From contig CAVYRH010000004.1 in assembly GCA_963770835.1 (NCBI GenBank), forward strand, positions 576,001 through 640,000: DNA of 64,000 bases. Reading direction: 5' to 3'. Positions 56,113 to 64,000 of the stretch are shown one piece after another. The DNA comes from an uncultured Pseudomonadota bacterium. Lineage in GTDB: Bacteria; Oederibacteriota; Muellerivitia; Muellerivitales; Muellerivitaceae. The position numbers were made by a program, and so were the translations under genes. A model generated the notes under the pieces. It saw only the letters and a list, made by a program, of their open reading frames with translations. It ran no database searches and was not told the DNA's origin. The number at the start of each line of letters is the position of its first letter. Positions within the stretch are counted from its first letter, which is position 1.

Positions 56113-56251
56113 CAGGGTGCTGCAAAGTGCCTTTGCGTCCTGTCTACAGCCACGGGTTAGGAGCGAATCGCTTTAAACCCCTTGGTTTTCAAGGGGTGAC
56201 TCGCGACGAAGAAACGAAAAAGTTTGTCTTTTAGACTTTTTCATCATCCTG
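56113..56251 (-). mobile_element. Structured MITE, copy 3, flanked by CTAA on both sides
   Basis: Reverse complement of copy 1; the left CTAA contains the upstream gene's TAA stop. Confidence 0.8.
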
Positions 56252-56421
56252 CTAAAAGAATCTTTAGTGAAGCACGGGAAGCATTTCGGCGGCCGCCCTA
56301 TTCCCTTCGGCCTGTTTTTAGTGCATTAGGGGCCTGGAAAAAGGGGAAAAACCGTTCTTATGATAATGGTCGTATCCGGACTTTCGAGGGGTGCCTAGAG
56401 TGGAAGTGAAAGAAGGATTTT

Positions 56422-56515
56422 ATGAAAAACATGGGAATGTTCGAACGTCGGATTCGGCGCATTTTGCCCCTTTTGGGGGCTGGCCCATGTTGACACGAGG
56501 GAAATCAACACTATT
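56422..56515 (+). pseudogene. Possible decayed DUF2892 gene
   Basis: AAGGA RBS, MKNMGMFERRIR, then GWPM and INT fragments in other frames. Confidence 0.3.
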
Positions 56516-56575
56516 GAGGTGCCGCCGACTTACGTGAAACGCCCGAAATAAACCCGGGCGGGAAAGAGGTGGGTT

Positions 56576-57169
56576 ATGCAATTCGCGTCGAAGGCCGTCC
56601 GTCTCGCGGGGCTGCTGTTCCTGGCAGTCCTTCCCGCCTTTTCCCAGGAACTCAACGAGAACCAAAGATGGATCGAGCAGGCGGACGGGGGGTTCGTGTT
56701 TCCCCTCAGCTCCGCCGTGGCCGCCGGTTACGCCCGGGGTTACGGGGGTGATATCCTGGTGGGATACCGGTTCGACCGGGATTTCAGCCTCTCGGCCGAC
56801 CTGGGCTATTACGAATGCGACCAAACGGCCGCCACCTCCTCCTCGGGGCAATGGATCTACGTGCCCATCATGGCGGTTGCCCGCTACAACTTCGGTCCCG
56901 GCTGGGTGAGGCCCTTCGTCATGCTGGGGGCCGGTGTGGCGGTCAATACCTACACCCTTACCCCGGGGTATACGGGCAAACTGTCCAACCGCGAAACGGA
57001 TCCCTTGCTGGCGCCGGGCGTGGGGGTGATGTTCATCGTGGAGCACGACCTGGCTCTTTACGCCCAGGCGCGGGTTGACTTGAATTATTCCACCGTCGGC
57101 GGCCCCTGGACCGACAATCCCAGCGTCTTCATGCCCCTCAAGGCGGGCATGAGCTTTTACGTCCTTTGA
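56576..57169 (+). CDS. Outer-membrane beta-barrel (OmpW/OmpA-like)
   Basis: Signal peptide, amphipathic strands, VRPFVMLGAG. Confidence 0.75.
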   Translation: MQFASKAVRLAGLLFLAVLPAFSQELNENQRWIEQADGGFVFPLSSAVAAGYARGYGGDILVGYRFDRDFSLSADLGYYECDQTAATSSSGQWIYVPIMAVARYNFGPGWVRPFVMLGAGVAVNTYTLTPGYTGKLSNRETDPLLAPGVGVMFIVEHDLALYAQARVDLNYSTVGGPWTDNPSVFMPLKAGMSFYVL

Positions 57170-57297
57170 CAGGAGGATGAAAAAGTCCTGAGAACGTACT
57201 TTTTCGTATCTGTGTCGCGAATAAAAAGGGATAAAAATTGATTCGCTCCTGCCCCGTGGCTGTCGACAGGATGAAAAGGCAATTTTTTAGCATCCGG
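57170..57297 (+). mobile_element. Structured MITE, copy 4 (degenerate)
   Basis: caggaggatgaaaaagtcc...gcgaat...attcgc...cccgtggctgtcgacagg; starts right after a TGA stop. Confidence 0.7.
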
Positions 57298-57341
57298 TAA
57301 ACCTAAAAACCATATTATTTCATCTTTGGGGCTTGATTTGT

Positions 57342-57373
57342 TTATACAGCTGTATAACTATACAGTTGTATAA
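57342..57373. promoter_or_regulatory. Tandem TetR operators
   Basis: TTATACAGCTGTATAA directly followed by CTATACAGTTGTATAA, just before tetR. Confidence 0.8.
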
Positions 57374-57393
57374 ACAAAAACCCGGAGAAGCGG

Positions 57394-58041
57394 ATGCCCC
57401 GTCCTTCCCAAAATACCGACCAGCGGCTGGTTGAAACGGCCTGTGAAATGCTCCAGAAATCCGGCTTGAGCGGCCTGAAACTACGGGAAGTGGCTCAAAA
57501 GGCCGGGATCAACCTGGGCATGTTCCATTACCATTTTAAAACCAAAGAAGCTTTCACCCGCCGGGTACTCCAACACACCTATGAGAAATTTTTCCAGGAA
57601 TTCTCCCTTGAGACTGCCAAGGACGGCAGCCCCTTGGAGAAACTTCGGGCCGCCCTGGTGACCCTGGGAAAATTCGTCCTGAAAAACCGGCGCATGATCG
57701 TGGCCATCGTCCACGACGTGGTGGGCAAGGACCGGGTGGCGCTGGACTTCGTGAAAGGCAACCTCCCCCGGCACGGCCTGGTGATCATCGGGCTGGTGAG
57801 GGAATGCCAAAAAAAAGGGATCATCCGCAAATTGGGCCTTCCGTCGGTGATGCCATTGCTCATGGGGGCGGTGGTCCTGCCGGCCATGGCCTTGGCCATG
57901 CTGGAGCACCTGGAAGTCAAAAGCATCCGCTTCATCCCTGTTGTGCTAATCAAAAGGGAATTGGCCTCGGAAAAGGCTATCGCGGCCCGGGTTGACTTAG
58001 CTTTGGAATCGCTTGAACCCCAAAAAGGAAGAAAAATATGA
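57394..58041 (+). CDS. TetR/AcrR family regulator (CecR-like context)
   Basis: LREVAQKAGINLGMFHYHFKTKE HTH. Confidence 0.9.
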   Translation: MPRPSQNTDQRLVETACEMLQKSGLSGLKLREVAQKAGINLGMFHYHFKTKEAFTRRVLQHTYEKFFQEFSLETAKDGSPLEKLRAALVTLGKFVLKNRRMIVAIVHDVVGKDRVALDFVKGNLPRHGLVIIGLVRECQKKGIIRKLGLPSVMPLLMGAVVLPAMALAMLEHLEVKSIRFIPVVLIKRELASEKAIAARVDLALESLEPQKGRKI

Positions 58042-59495
58042 AAAAAAAACTGGGATTCCTGATATTGCTCCTATCGGTCAGGGCTTGGGGCCAAACTGGA
58101 ACCACTTCCGCCGAAATTTCCAAGCCCCCGGCCCCCGTAAGCCGGGTGGGCGCTTTTGCCACCCAGGGCACCCCTAAAGATACCCCGCAACAAGGGCCCG
58201 TGACCCATCTAGCCCTCACGCTTTCCGATTTAATCCAAGAGGCCTTCAAAAATTCCCCCAAACTCCAGTCGGCGAAGCTGGGTTACGAATCGGCCCGAAG
58301 CGAGGCTGGTTCCATGGGCGCCGCCGAGTTTCCCCGGCTGGGCTTGAGCGGCAATTATTTCTATCAGACCTACGTCCCGGAACTTTCCATTTTGCCCCAC
58401 ATGCCCACCGAACCCTTCGGAGAAGCCAACAATTGGGACGCCTGGGCCACCTTAAACTGGAACCTGTGGGACTTCCGTTCCCAGCACAACCTGGCCAACA
58501 GCTCCACGACGGCTTCCCAATCGCAGGAGCAGCAATATTTGGCCGCACAGCAGCAGTTGCGGCTGGCGGTGCGGATGGCTTACTTCCAGGCAAAGATTGA
58601 TTTGGAACAGATTCACCTCTTAGGGGATTCGCTGAAGGTGGCCCAGGCCCAGTACGGGGATATCGTCCACCAAGCCCGTTACGGGACGGCCAGCCGTTTG
58701 GACCAGTTGTCCTCCCACCAGGAAGTTTTGAACTACCAACGGCAGTTCATCCAGGCCCAAGCCAACCTGGCCCAATCCCTCCGGGACCTGTTCGACCTGG
58801 TGGGGGAAAAGGAACCCGTGGATTTTACCCGTCCCCTCGACGTCCCGATGGAAGGGGAACTCCCGGAGGGCGTACCCGCCCCAACGGTTTGGCTTTCCAC
58901 TGATTCGGTCCGGGATTCAAGGGAAGCGCTTGAAAAGGAAGCCCAAGTGCCGCCCGACGACAGCGTACCCCAACTCAAGACCTACGCCTACCTGGCCGAT
59001 TCCACCCGTTTCGCGGCGGACTCGGTGGGCTCCGGACTTCTTCCCAAGCTCACGCTTTCGGCCCAGGCAGGTTATGAAAATCCCGACGGGCCGATCCTTG
59101 AAACCATCCAACAGAATATCGTGTCGCTTTCGCTGACCATGCCCCTTTTCGATTGGGGAGCCATCGTGAAAGATTCAGATTCCAAACGCCAACAATCCGA
59201 AGCCTACCTGGCCGACCTGGACCAGGCCAAATCCGACCTTTGGCGGGACTGGAACAAGGCGGGGGACTCCTTAAGGTCTCTGGAATACCAGCAAACCTTA
59301 AACGAGACCGCCGTGTCCGAGACCCAGGAATTGGCCGGCCTGACCTATGGGGCTTATAAAGCCGGGACGGTCCGTTTCCTGGAAGTCCAGACGGCCAATT
59401 TCCAGGCCCTGGACGCCAAGATCCAGGCCGCCTCCAACGATGTTCAAATATTAATGCAGTTATCCGTTCTTTCATCCCTCGCGGGAAAAGAATAA
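58038..59495 (+). CDS. TolC family outer-membrane efflux protein
   Basis: Signal peptide, two OEP repeats (FPRL/LPKL, PLFDWG, YKAG). Confidence 0.88.
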   Translation: MKKKLGFLILLLSVRAWGQTGTTSAEISKPPAPVSRVGAFATQGTPKDTPQQGPVTHLALTLSDLIQEAFKNSPKLQSAKLGYESARSEAGSMGAAEFPRLGLSGNYFYQTYVPELSILPHMPTEPFGEANNWDAWATLNWNLWDFRSQHNLANSSTTASQSQEQQYLAAQQQLRLAVRMAYFQAKIDLEQIHLLGDSLKVAQAQYGDIVHQARYGTASRLDQLSSHQEVLNYQRQFIQAQANLAQSLRDLFDLVGEKEPVDFTRPLDVPMEGELPEGVPAPTVWLSTDSVRDSREALEKEAQVPPDDSVPQLKTYAYLADSTRFAADSVGSGLLPKLTLSAQAGYENPDGPILETIQQNIVSLSLTMPLFDWGAIVKDSDSKRQQSEAYLADLDQAKSDLWRDWNKAGDSLRSLEYQQTLNETAVSETQELAGLTYGAYKAGTVRFLEVQTANFQALDAKIQAASNDVQILMQLSVLSSLAGKE

Positions 59496-59496
59496 A

Positions 59497-59562
59497 GGCA
59501 GCAGGTAGCCGTTAGCTGTCGGTTTTTAGTTAACAGCCAATCGCTAAAAGCTAACTACTGGT
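59497..59562. repeat. Heptamer-periodic inverted repeat
   Basis: cagcaggtagccgttagctgtcggtt...aacagccaatcgctaaaagctaactactg. Confidence 0.55.
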
Positions 59563-59580
59563 TTTTAAAAAGGAGAAGAT

Positions 59581-60315
59581 ATGAAGAAACGGCTAAAGAT
59601 CATCATTCCAGTGGCGGTGGTCCTCATCATCGGCGCCATCCTTTGGCATTTCCTGAAGGGGGATAACTTCACTTACGCGGGAACGGTGGAGGCCACGGAG
59701 GTGGACATACCGGCCCAGGTTTCCTCCACCATTTCCCAATTGAACGTGGCCGAGGGCCAGGCGGTCACCCAGGGCCAGCTTTTGGTGACCTTGGACGGCA
59801 CGGACTACAAGTTAACCCAAAGCCAGGCAACCGACGACTACAACCGCGGATTGCAACTTCTCAACAGCGGGTCCATGCCCAAGGAAACCTTCAACCACCT
59901 CCAGTCCCAGAAGCAACTAGCGGATTTAAGGGTTCAATGGTGCTCTATCACCTCGCCCCTTTCGGGAACGGTCCTTACCAAGTACCACGAGCCCGGCGAA
60001 TGGGTGAACCCGGGCACCAAGGTTTTCACCCTGGCGGACTTAAGGCAGGTCTGGTGCCTGATCTTTATCCCCGAACCCAAGTTGGTCCAGGTTTCCTACG
60101 GGGAGGAGCTGAAGGCCACCCTGCCGGAGCTTCCCGGAAAGACCTTCGGGGGGACCATCACCCATATCAACGACCAGGCCGAGTTCACCCCCAAGAACGT
60201 GCAGACCGAAAAGGAACGCACCAACTTGGTTTACGCGGTCAAGGTGACCTTCGACAACCCGGAAGGGCTCCTGAAACCGGGCATGACGCTCGAGGTTTCA
60301 TTACCGAAAAAATAA
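59581..60315 (+). CDS. HlyD/YbhG-like periplasmic adaptor
   Basis: GTVEATEV, ITSPLSG, AEFTPKNVQT and LKPGM. Confidence 0.9.
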   Translation: MKKRLKIIIPVAVVLIIGAILWHFLKGDNFTYAGTVEATEVDIPAQVSSTISQLNVAEGQAVTQGQLLVTLDGTDYKLTQSQATDDYNRGLQLLNSGSMPKETFNHLQSQKQLADLRVQWCSITSPLSGTVLTKYHEPGEWVNPGTKVFTLADLRQVWCLIFIPEPKLVQVSYGEELKATLPELPGKTFGGTITHINDQAEFTPKNVQTEKERTNLVYAVKVTFDNPEGLLKPGMTLEVSLPKK

Positions 60316-60323
60316 GGAATTGA

Positions 60324-60473
60324 ACCACAGAGCACCCGGAGGACACAGAGTGAGGCGGAACCCGTTCAGAGAATCGGGATTGAACTTAAATTGTGATTGT
60401 GTCATGAAATTTTAAGGGAACTGAGAAATCCATTGGTTTTAGTCGTCTCTGTGAACTCTGTGTCCTCTGTGGT
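60324..60473. repeat. CACAGAG-periodic inverted repeat
   Basis: accacagagcacccggaggacacagag...ctctgtgaactctgtgtcctctgtggt. Confidence 0.8.
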
Positions 60474-60492
60474 GAAAGGTTTTGGTGGTCAG

Positions 60493-61245
60493 ATGAGCAT
60501 CGCCATAAAAGTCGAAAACCTCTTCAAGAACATGGGGCCCAGCCACGCCATCCAGGGCGTGAGCCTTTCCTTAGAACCGGGCCTGTTGCACGGCCTGATC
60601 GGCCCCGAGGGTTCGGGTAAGACCACCCTTTTGCGCCACCTCATCGGCCTCCTGAAAGCCGACCAGGGCAAGGTGATTTATCTGCTAGACGGGAAGCCCG
60701 TCCCCCTCGAGGAGGTCCGGTCCCGCATGGCCTACATGCCCCAATTGCAAAGCCTTTACTCGGACCTTTCCATCGGCGAGCACCTGGATTTCTTCCGGGA
60801 ACTCTACCAGATCCCGCCGAAAATCTACCGGGAGCGGCGCAAGGAGCTCCTCCAGATCACCCGCCTGGGGCCCTTCGTGAACCGGCCCGCGGGGCAGCTT
60901 TCGGGCGGCATGTACAAGAAGCTGGGCCTCATGTGCGCCCTGCTGCAGTCGCCCAACCTGGTGCTGTTGGACGAGCCCACGACCGGGGTCGATCCCATCA
61001 GCCGCCGGGAATTCTGGGAGATGCTCTACCGCCTGAGGGCCGAGGGCATCCTCGTCGTTATCACCACCGCCTACATGGACGAGGCCGAAAGGTGCGACCG
61101 GGTGCACGTGATGGAAAGAGGGAAACTCTTGGCCACTGGGGAACCGAAGGAAATACTAAAGAAGGAAAAGGTAGGGAGCTTCGAGGAACTGTTCCTGAAG
61201 CACGACGCAAAGGGCCCGGCCAAGGAAAAGGCGGCGATCCATTGA
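60493..61245 (+). CDS. ABC transporter ATP-binding protein (YbhF N-half-like)
   Basis: GPEGSGKT, LSGGM, LDEPTTGVDP and TAYMDEAE. Confidence 0.92.
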   Translation: MSIAIKVENLFKNMGPSHAIQGVSLSLEPGLLHGLIGPEGSGKTTLLRHLIGLLKADQGKVIYLLDGKPVPLEEVRSRMAYMPQLQSLYSDLSIGEHLDFFRELYQIPPKIYRERRKELLQITRLGPFVNRPAGQLSGGMYKKLGLMCALLQSPNLVLLDEPTTGVDPISRREFWEMLYRLRAEGILVVITTAYMDEAERCDRVHVMERGKLLATGEPKEILKKEKVGSFEELFLKHDAKGPAKEKAAIH

Positions 61246-61257
61246 AAAAAAGATTGA

Positions 61258-61330
61258 ACCACAGAGTAGGGAAGAGGTTTTTTCGGAATAATCAAAGATT
61301 TAACTCTGTGACCTCTGTGTTCTCTGTGGT
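61258..61330. repeat. CACAGAG-periodic inverted repeat
   Basis: accacagag...ctctgtgacctctgtgttctctgtggt. Confidence 0.75.
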
Positions 61331-61344
61331 GAAAGAGGTTTTCT

Positions 61345-62259
61345 ATGCTTTCGGTTGAGGTTAAAAACCTGACGGTGAAGTTCGGGGATTTCATGGCGGT
61401 GAATGACATTTCCTTTACCGTGGAAAAGGGAGAAATCTTCGGCTTCCTCGGCGCGAACGGCGCGGGGAAGACCACGACCATCCGGGTACTCTGCGGCCTC
61501 CTGACCCCCACGTCGGGGGAGGTCCGGGTGGCGGGACTGAACCCGGCGGAAGGCCTGGAAGCGGTGAAGGCCAAGGTGGGCTACATGTCCCAGAAATTCA
61601 CCCTCTATACCGACATGACGGTGGACGAGAACCTAGAATTTGCCGCAAACCTCCACAAGATCCCCCGGGCCGTCCAGCACCGCCGCCGCAAGGAAGGGCT
61701 GGAGATCATCGCCTTCAAGGAAAAGACCAGCCGCCTGGTGCGCGAGCTCTCCGGCGGCACCAAGCAGGAAGTTTCCCTGGTGGCGGCGCTCCTGCACGAC
61801 CCGGAGATCCTCTTCCTGGACGAACCCACGGCCGGCGTCTCGCCGGTCTCCCGCAGCCGCTTCTGGTCCATCATCCGGGGCCTCTCCGACAAGGGGAAGA
61901 CCGTCTTCGTCACCACCCATTACATGGACGAGGCCGAGAATTGCGGCCGCATCGCGCTGATGCGCGACGGGAAAATCGTGGCCCTGGACAGCCCCGCCAA
62001 CTTGAAGAAGAGCACCTTCCCCGAACCCCTGGTGGAGTTGACGCCCAAGAAGGGCCACCGGGGCCATTGGGCCCAGGAACTGCGCAAGAGCGGGGCCGTC
62101 GCCTCCCTCAAACCCTACGGCATGCGGTACCACGCCATCGTCAAGGATGGGGCGGCCTGGAAAAGGACGGCCCGGCGGATGGCCGCCGATTTCGAGGCCA
62201 AGGCCATCAAGCCCTCCCTGGAAGACGTCTTTATCCGGGTCGTGGAGGAAGCCAAGTAA
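61345..62259 (+). CDS. ABC transporter ATP-binding protein (YbhF C-half-like)
   Basis: GANGAGKT, LSGG, LDEPTAG and THYMDEAE. Confidence 0.92.
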   Translation: MLSVEVKNLTVKFGDFMAVNDISFTVEKGEIFGFLGANGAGKTTTIRVLCGLLTPTSGEVRVAGLNPAEGLEAVKAKVGYMSQKFTLYTDMTVDENLEFAANLHKIPRAVQHRRRKEGLEIIAFKEKTSRLVRELSGGTKQEVSLVAALLHDPEILFLDEPTAGVSPVSRSRFWSIIRGLSDKGKTVFVTTHYMDEAENCGRIALMRDGKIVALDSPANLKKSTFPEPLVELTPKKGHRGHWAQELRKSGAVASLKPYGMRYHAIVKDGAAWKRTARRMAADFEAKAIKPSLEDVFIRVVEEAK

Positions 62260-62265
62260 AGCGAC

Positions 62266-62355
62266 TAGGAATTTGGAATGAGGAGTTGGGAATTAAAAAA
62301 CATTGGGATGAGGATTTTAAGACTTAATTCCTAATTTCTAATTCCTAACTCCCAA
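62266..62355. repeat. GGAAT-heptamer periodic inverted repeat
   Basis: taggaatttggaatgaggagttgggaattaa...ttaattcctaatttctaattcctaactcccaa. Confidence 0.75.
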
Positions 62356-62409
62356 TTTAACGCGGGGTAATTCAACAGCAAAAAGTGGTTTAACCGATTG
62401 GAGCTTTTC

Positions 62410-63531
62410 ATGAAAGATCCGATAAATTTAAAAAGGGCCTATGCCATCGCCTATAAGGAAGTCCGCCACATCTGGAGGGACCCCTTCACCCTTGCCTTGG
62501 CCCTGGGATTGCCCTTGCTGATGGTGATGTTTTTCGGCCTGGCCATGGATTTCAACGTGCACGACATCCACTTGACCGCCTACGACAGCGACCACAGCCG
62601 GGCTTCCCGCCAGCTTTTGGAGACCTTCCAAAGCTCGGGTTATTTCCTCATCCGGCAAAAGCCGCTGGAGGGGGACGTCACCGAGCCGCTTCAGGCCAAC
62701 CAGGCCAAGGCGGTGCTGGTGATCCCGCCCCGGTTCGAGCGTTACCTGGGCTCCCGGGAGGACTCCCCGGTGCAGGTTTTGATCGACGGAACGGACAATT
62801 CCACCGCCGGCGTTATCGGCGGCTACATGGACGGCATCCAGTCCGCGGCCAACCTCAGGCTGGCCGACAGCGTTCCGGCCCCCCTGGTCATCCTCAAGTC
62901 CCGCTATCTTTTTAACCCGGAATTGAACAGCCGGTGGTTTACCGTGCCCGGCTTGTCGGCGGTGGTGCTGGCCATCATCTCTATCCTCCTGACCTCCCTC
63001 ACCGTGGCCCGGGAATGGGAGCACGGGTCCATGGAGCTCCTCCTTTCCACGCCCGTCCACCCGCTGGAAATCATCCTGGGCAAGCTGGCGCCTTACGTGG
63101 GGCTGGGGCTCTTCGCCCAGGGGCTCATCTACTGCCTGGCCCGTTTTTACTTCGGCATCCCCTTCCAGGGCAGCCACATCCTATTCCTCGTGGGGACCTT
63201 TCTTTTCATTTCCTCCTACATGGCCCTGGGGCTCCTGGTTTCGGTGACGACCCGCCAGCAGATCCTGGCCATGCAATTCGCCATGATGATCGGAATGCTG
63301 CCCAACATGCTCCTCTCCGGGTTCATCTTCCCCATCGAGAACATGCCGGTCTTCTTCCAATACCTGACCGCCATCTTCCCGGCCCGCTGGTTCATACTGG
63401 TGATCCGGGGCGTGTTCCTAAAGGGGACGGACCTGTTCCAACTGTTGACACCCCTCTTAGCCATGTTGTTGATGTCGGTCTTTTTCGTGACCCTCGCGGT
63501 GCGGCGGTTCAAGAGGGACGTGGAACCATGA
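62410..63531 (+). CDS. ABC-2 permease (YbhS-like)
   Basis: KEVRHIWRDP, FNPEL, AREWEHGSMELLLSTP and LSGFIFPI. Confidence 0.9.
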   Translation: MKDPINLKRAYAIAYKEVRHIWRDPFTLALALGLPLLMVMFFGLAMDFNVHDIHLTAYDSDHSRASRQLLETFQSSGYFLIRQKPLEGDVTEPLQANQAKAVLVIPPRFERYLGSREDSPVQVLIDGTDNSTAGVIGGYMDGIQSAANLRLADSVPAPLVILKSRYLFNPELNSRWFTVPGLSAVVLAIISILLTSLTVAREWEHGSMELLLSTPVHPLEIILGKLAPYVGLGLFAQGLIYCLARFYFGIPFQGSHILFLVGTFLFISSYMALGLLVSVTTRQQILAMQFAMMIGMLPNMLLSGFIFPIENMPVFFQYLTAIFPARWFILVIRGVFLKGTDLFQLLTPLLAMLLMSVFFVTLAVRRFKRDVEP

Positions 63532-63534
63532 AAC

Positions 63535-63626
63535 GGCAGTCCACAGCTGACAGTCCTCAGTCGACAGCCAACTTAAAAGCCTTAAAGTCTTTGCTGCGAA
63601 CTGTCGACTGCCGACTGTCGACTGCC
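63535..63626. repeat. Heptamer-periodic inverted repeat
   Basis: ggcagtccacagctgacagtcctcagtcgacagc...ctgtcgactgccgactgtcgactgcc. Confidence 0.8.
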
Positions 63627-63640
63627 ACCGGAGGTGGCGC

Positions 63641-64000
63641 ATGAAACTCAACCCGACCATCATGGGCTTTTTCAAGAAGGAACTGGTCCAGACCCTGCGG
63701 GATCCCCGCATGCGCATCATGCTTTTCGTGATGCCCGTCATCCAGATGACGATCTTCGGGGTGGCGATCTCCACCGAGACCCGCAACATCAAGCTGGCGG
63801 CGGTCTACGAGCCCAATGATTACCTGATGGAGCGGGTGGCGCAAAGGTGCTACAGCTCCCAATGGTTCGTGCCGGCCAAGGGCCTGACGGGCACCGATCC
63901 CTTCAAGTGGATCCAGTCGGGACAGGCCGACGCGGTGCTGGTGGCCCCCGAAAAGGGGCTGACCCGCAATATCGGGATGGGCGGGTCCTCCCTCCAGCTT
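63641..64000 (+). CDS. ABC-2 permease (YbhR-like), runs off window
   Basis: GGAGG RBS; MKLNPTIMGFFKKELVQTLRDPRMR...PVIQMTIFG. Confidence 0.85.
   Translation, partial: MKLNPTIMGFFKKELVQTLRDPRMRIMLFVMPVIQMTIFGVAISTETRNIKLAAVYEPNDYLMERVAQRCYSSQWFVPAKGLTGTDPFKWIQSGQADAVLVAPEKGLTRNIGMGGSSLQL

Noticed and set aside
53930..63626. Periodic intergenic repeats as CRISPR arrays
   Set aside because: Units are 7-9 nt, arranged as inverted arms without unique 30-40 nt spacers, and there are no cas genes.

Overview
A ~57% GC (estimated by eye) chromosomal segment from a diderm bacterium (TolC, beta-barrels, lipoproteins; no taxonomic marker). I see no rRNA, tRNA or CRISPR array. From left to right: aconitase N-terminus; copZ-copA; a Phd/VapC toxin-antitoxin pair bracketed by a duplicated copA 3' end; a complete group II intron; a GNAT pseudogene; a frameshifted XylR/V4R-type sigma54 activator beside what appears to be its regulon (six sigma54 promoters, four paired ATCA-N3-TGAT enhancers) covering a pirin, GlsB/YeaQ proteins, two DUF3494 ice-binding-family lipoproteins, YceI, a beta-barrel and small membrane proteins. 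Next come housekeeping and transport genes (MFS, HI0933, a split livK/livHM, RsmF-like), c-di-GMP genes (three EAL proteins, PilZ, GGDEF), an ECF sigma/anti-sigma with a near-identical promoter at a DUF4139 gene, and two paralogous orphan genes with matching sigma28-type promoters. A signalling locus follows (His-less kinase, PAS kinase, two single-domain receivers, NtrC-type activator, Cys-rich Crp/Fnr), whose probable DNA sites can be read in the sequence, and then a TetR-TolC-HlyD-ABC exporter operon. Dispersed repeats include a 139-bp structured MITE (4 copies) and several periodic palindromes. The two inferred regulatory circuits (6.3-15 kb and 41.7-55.3 kb) are the most interesting content. 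All family assignments come from motif recognition, not database searches.
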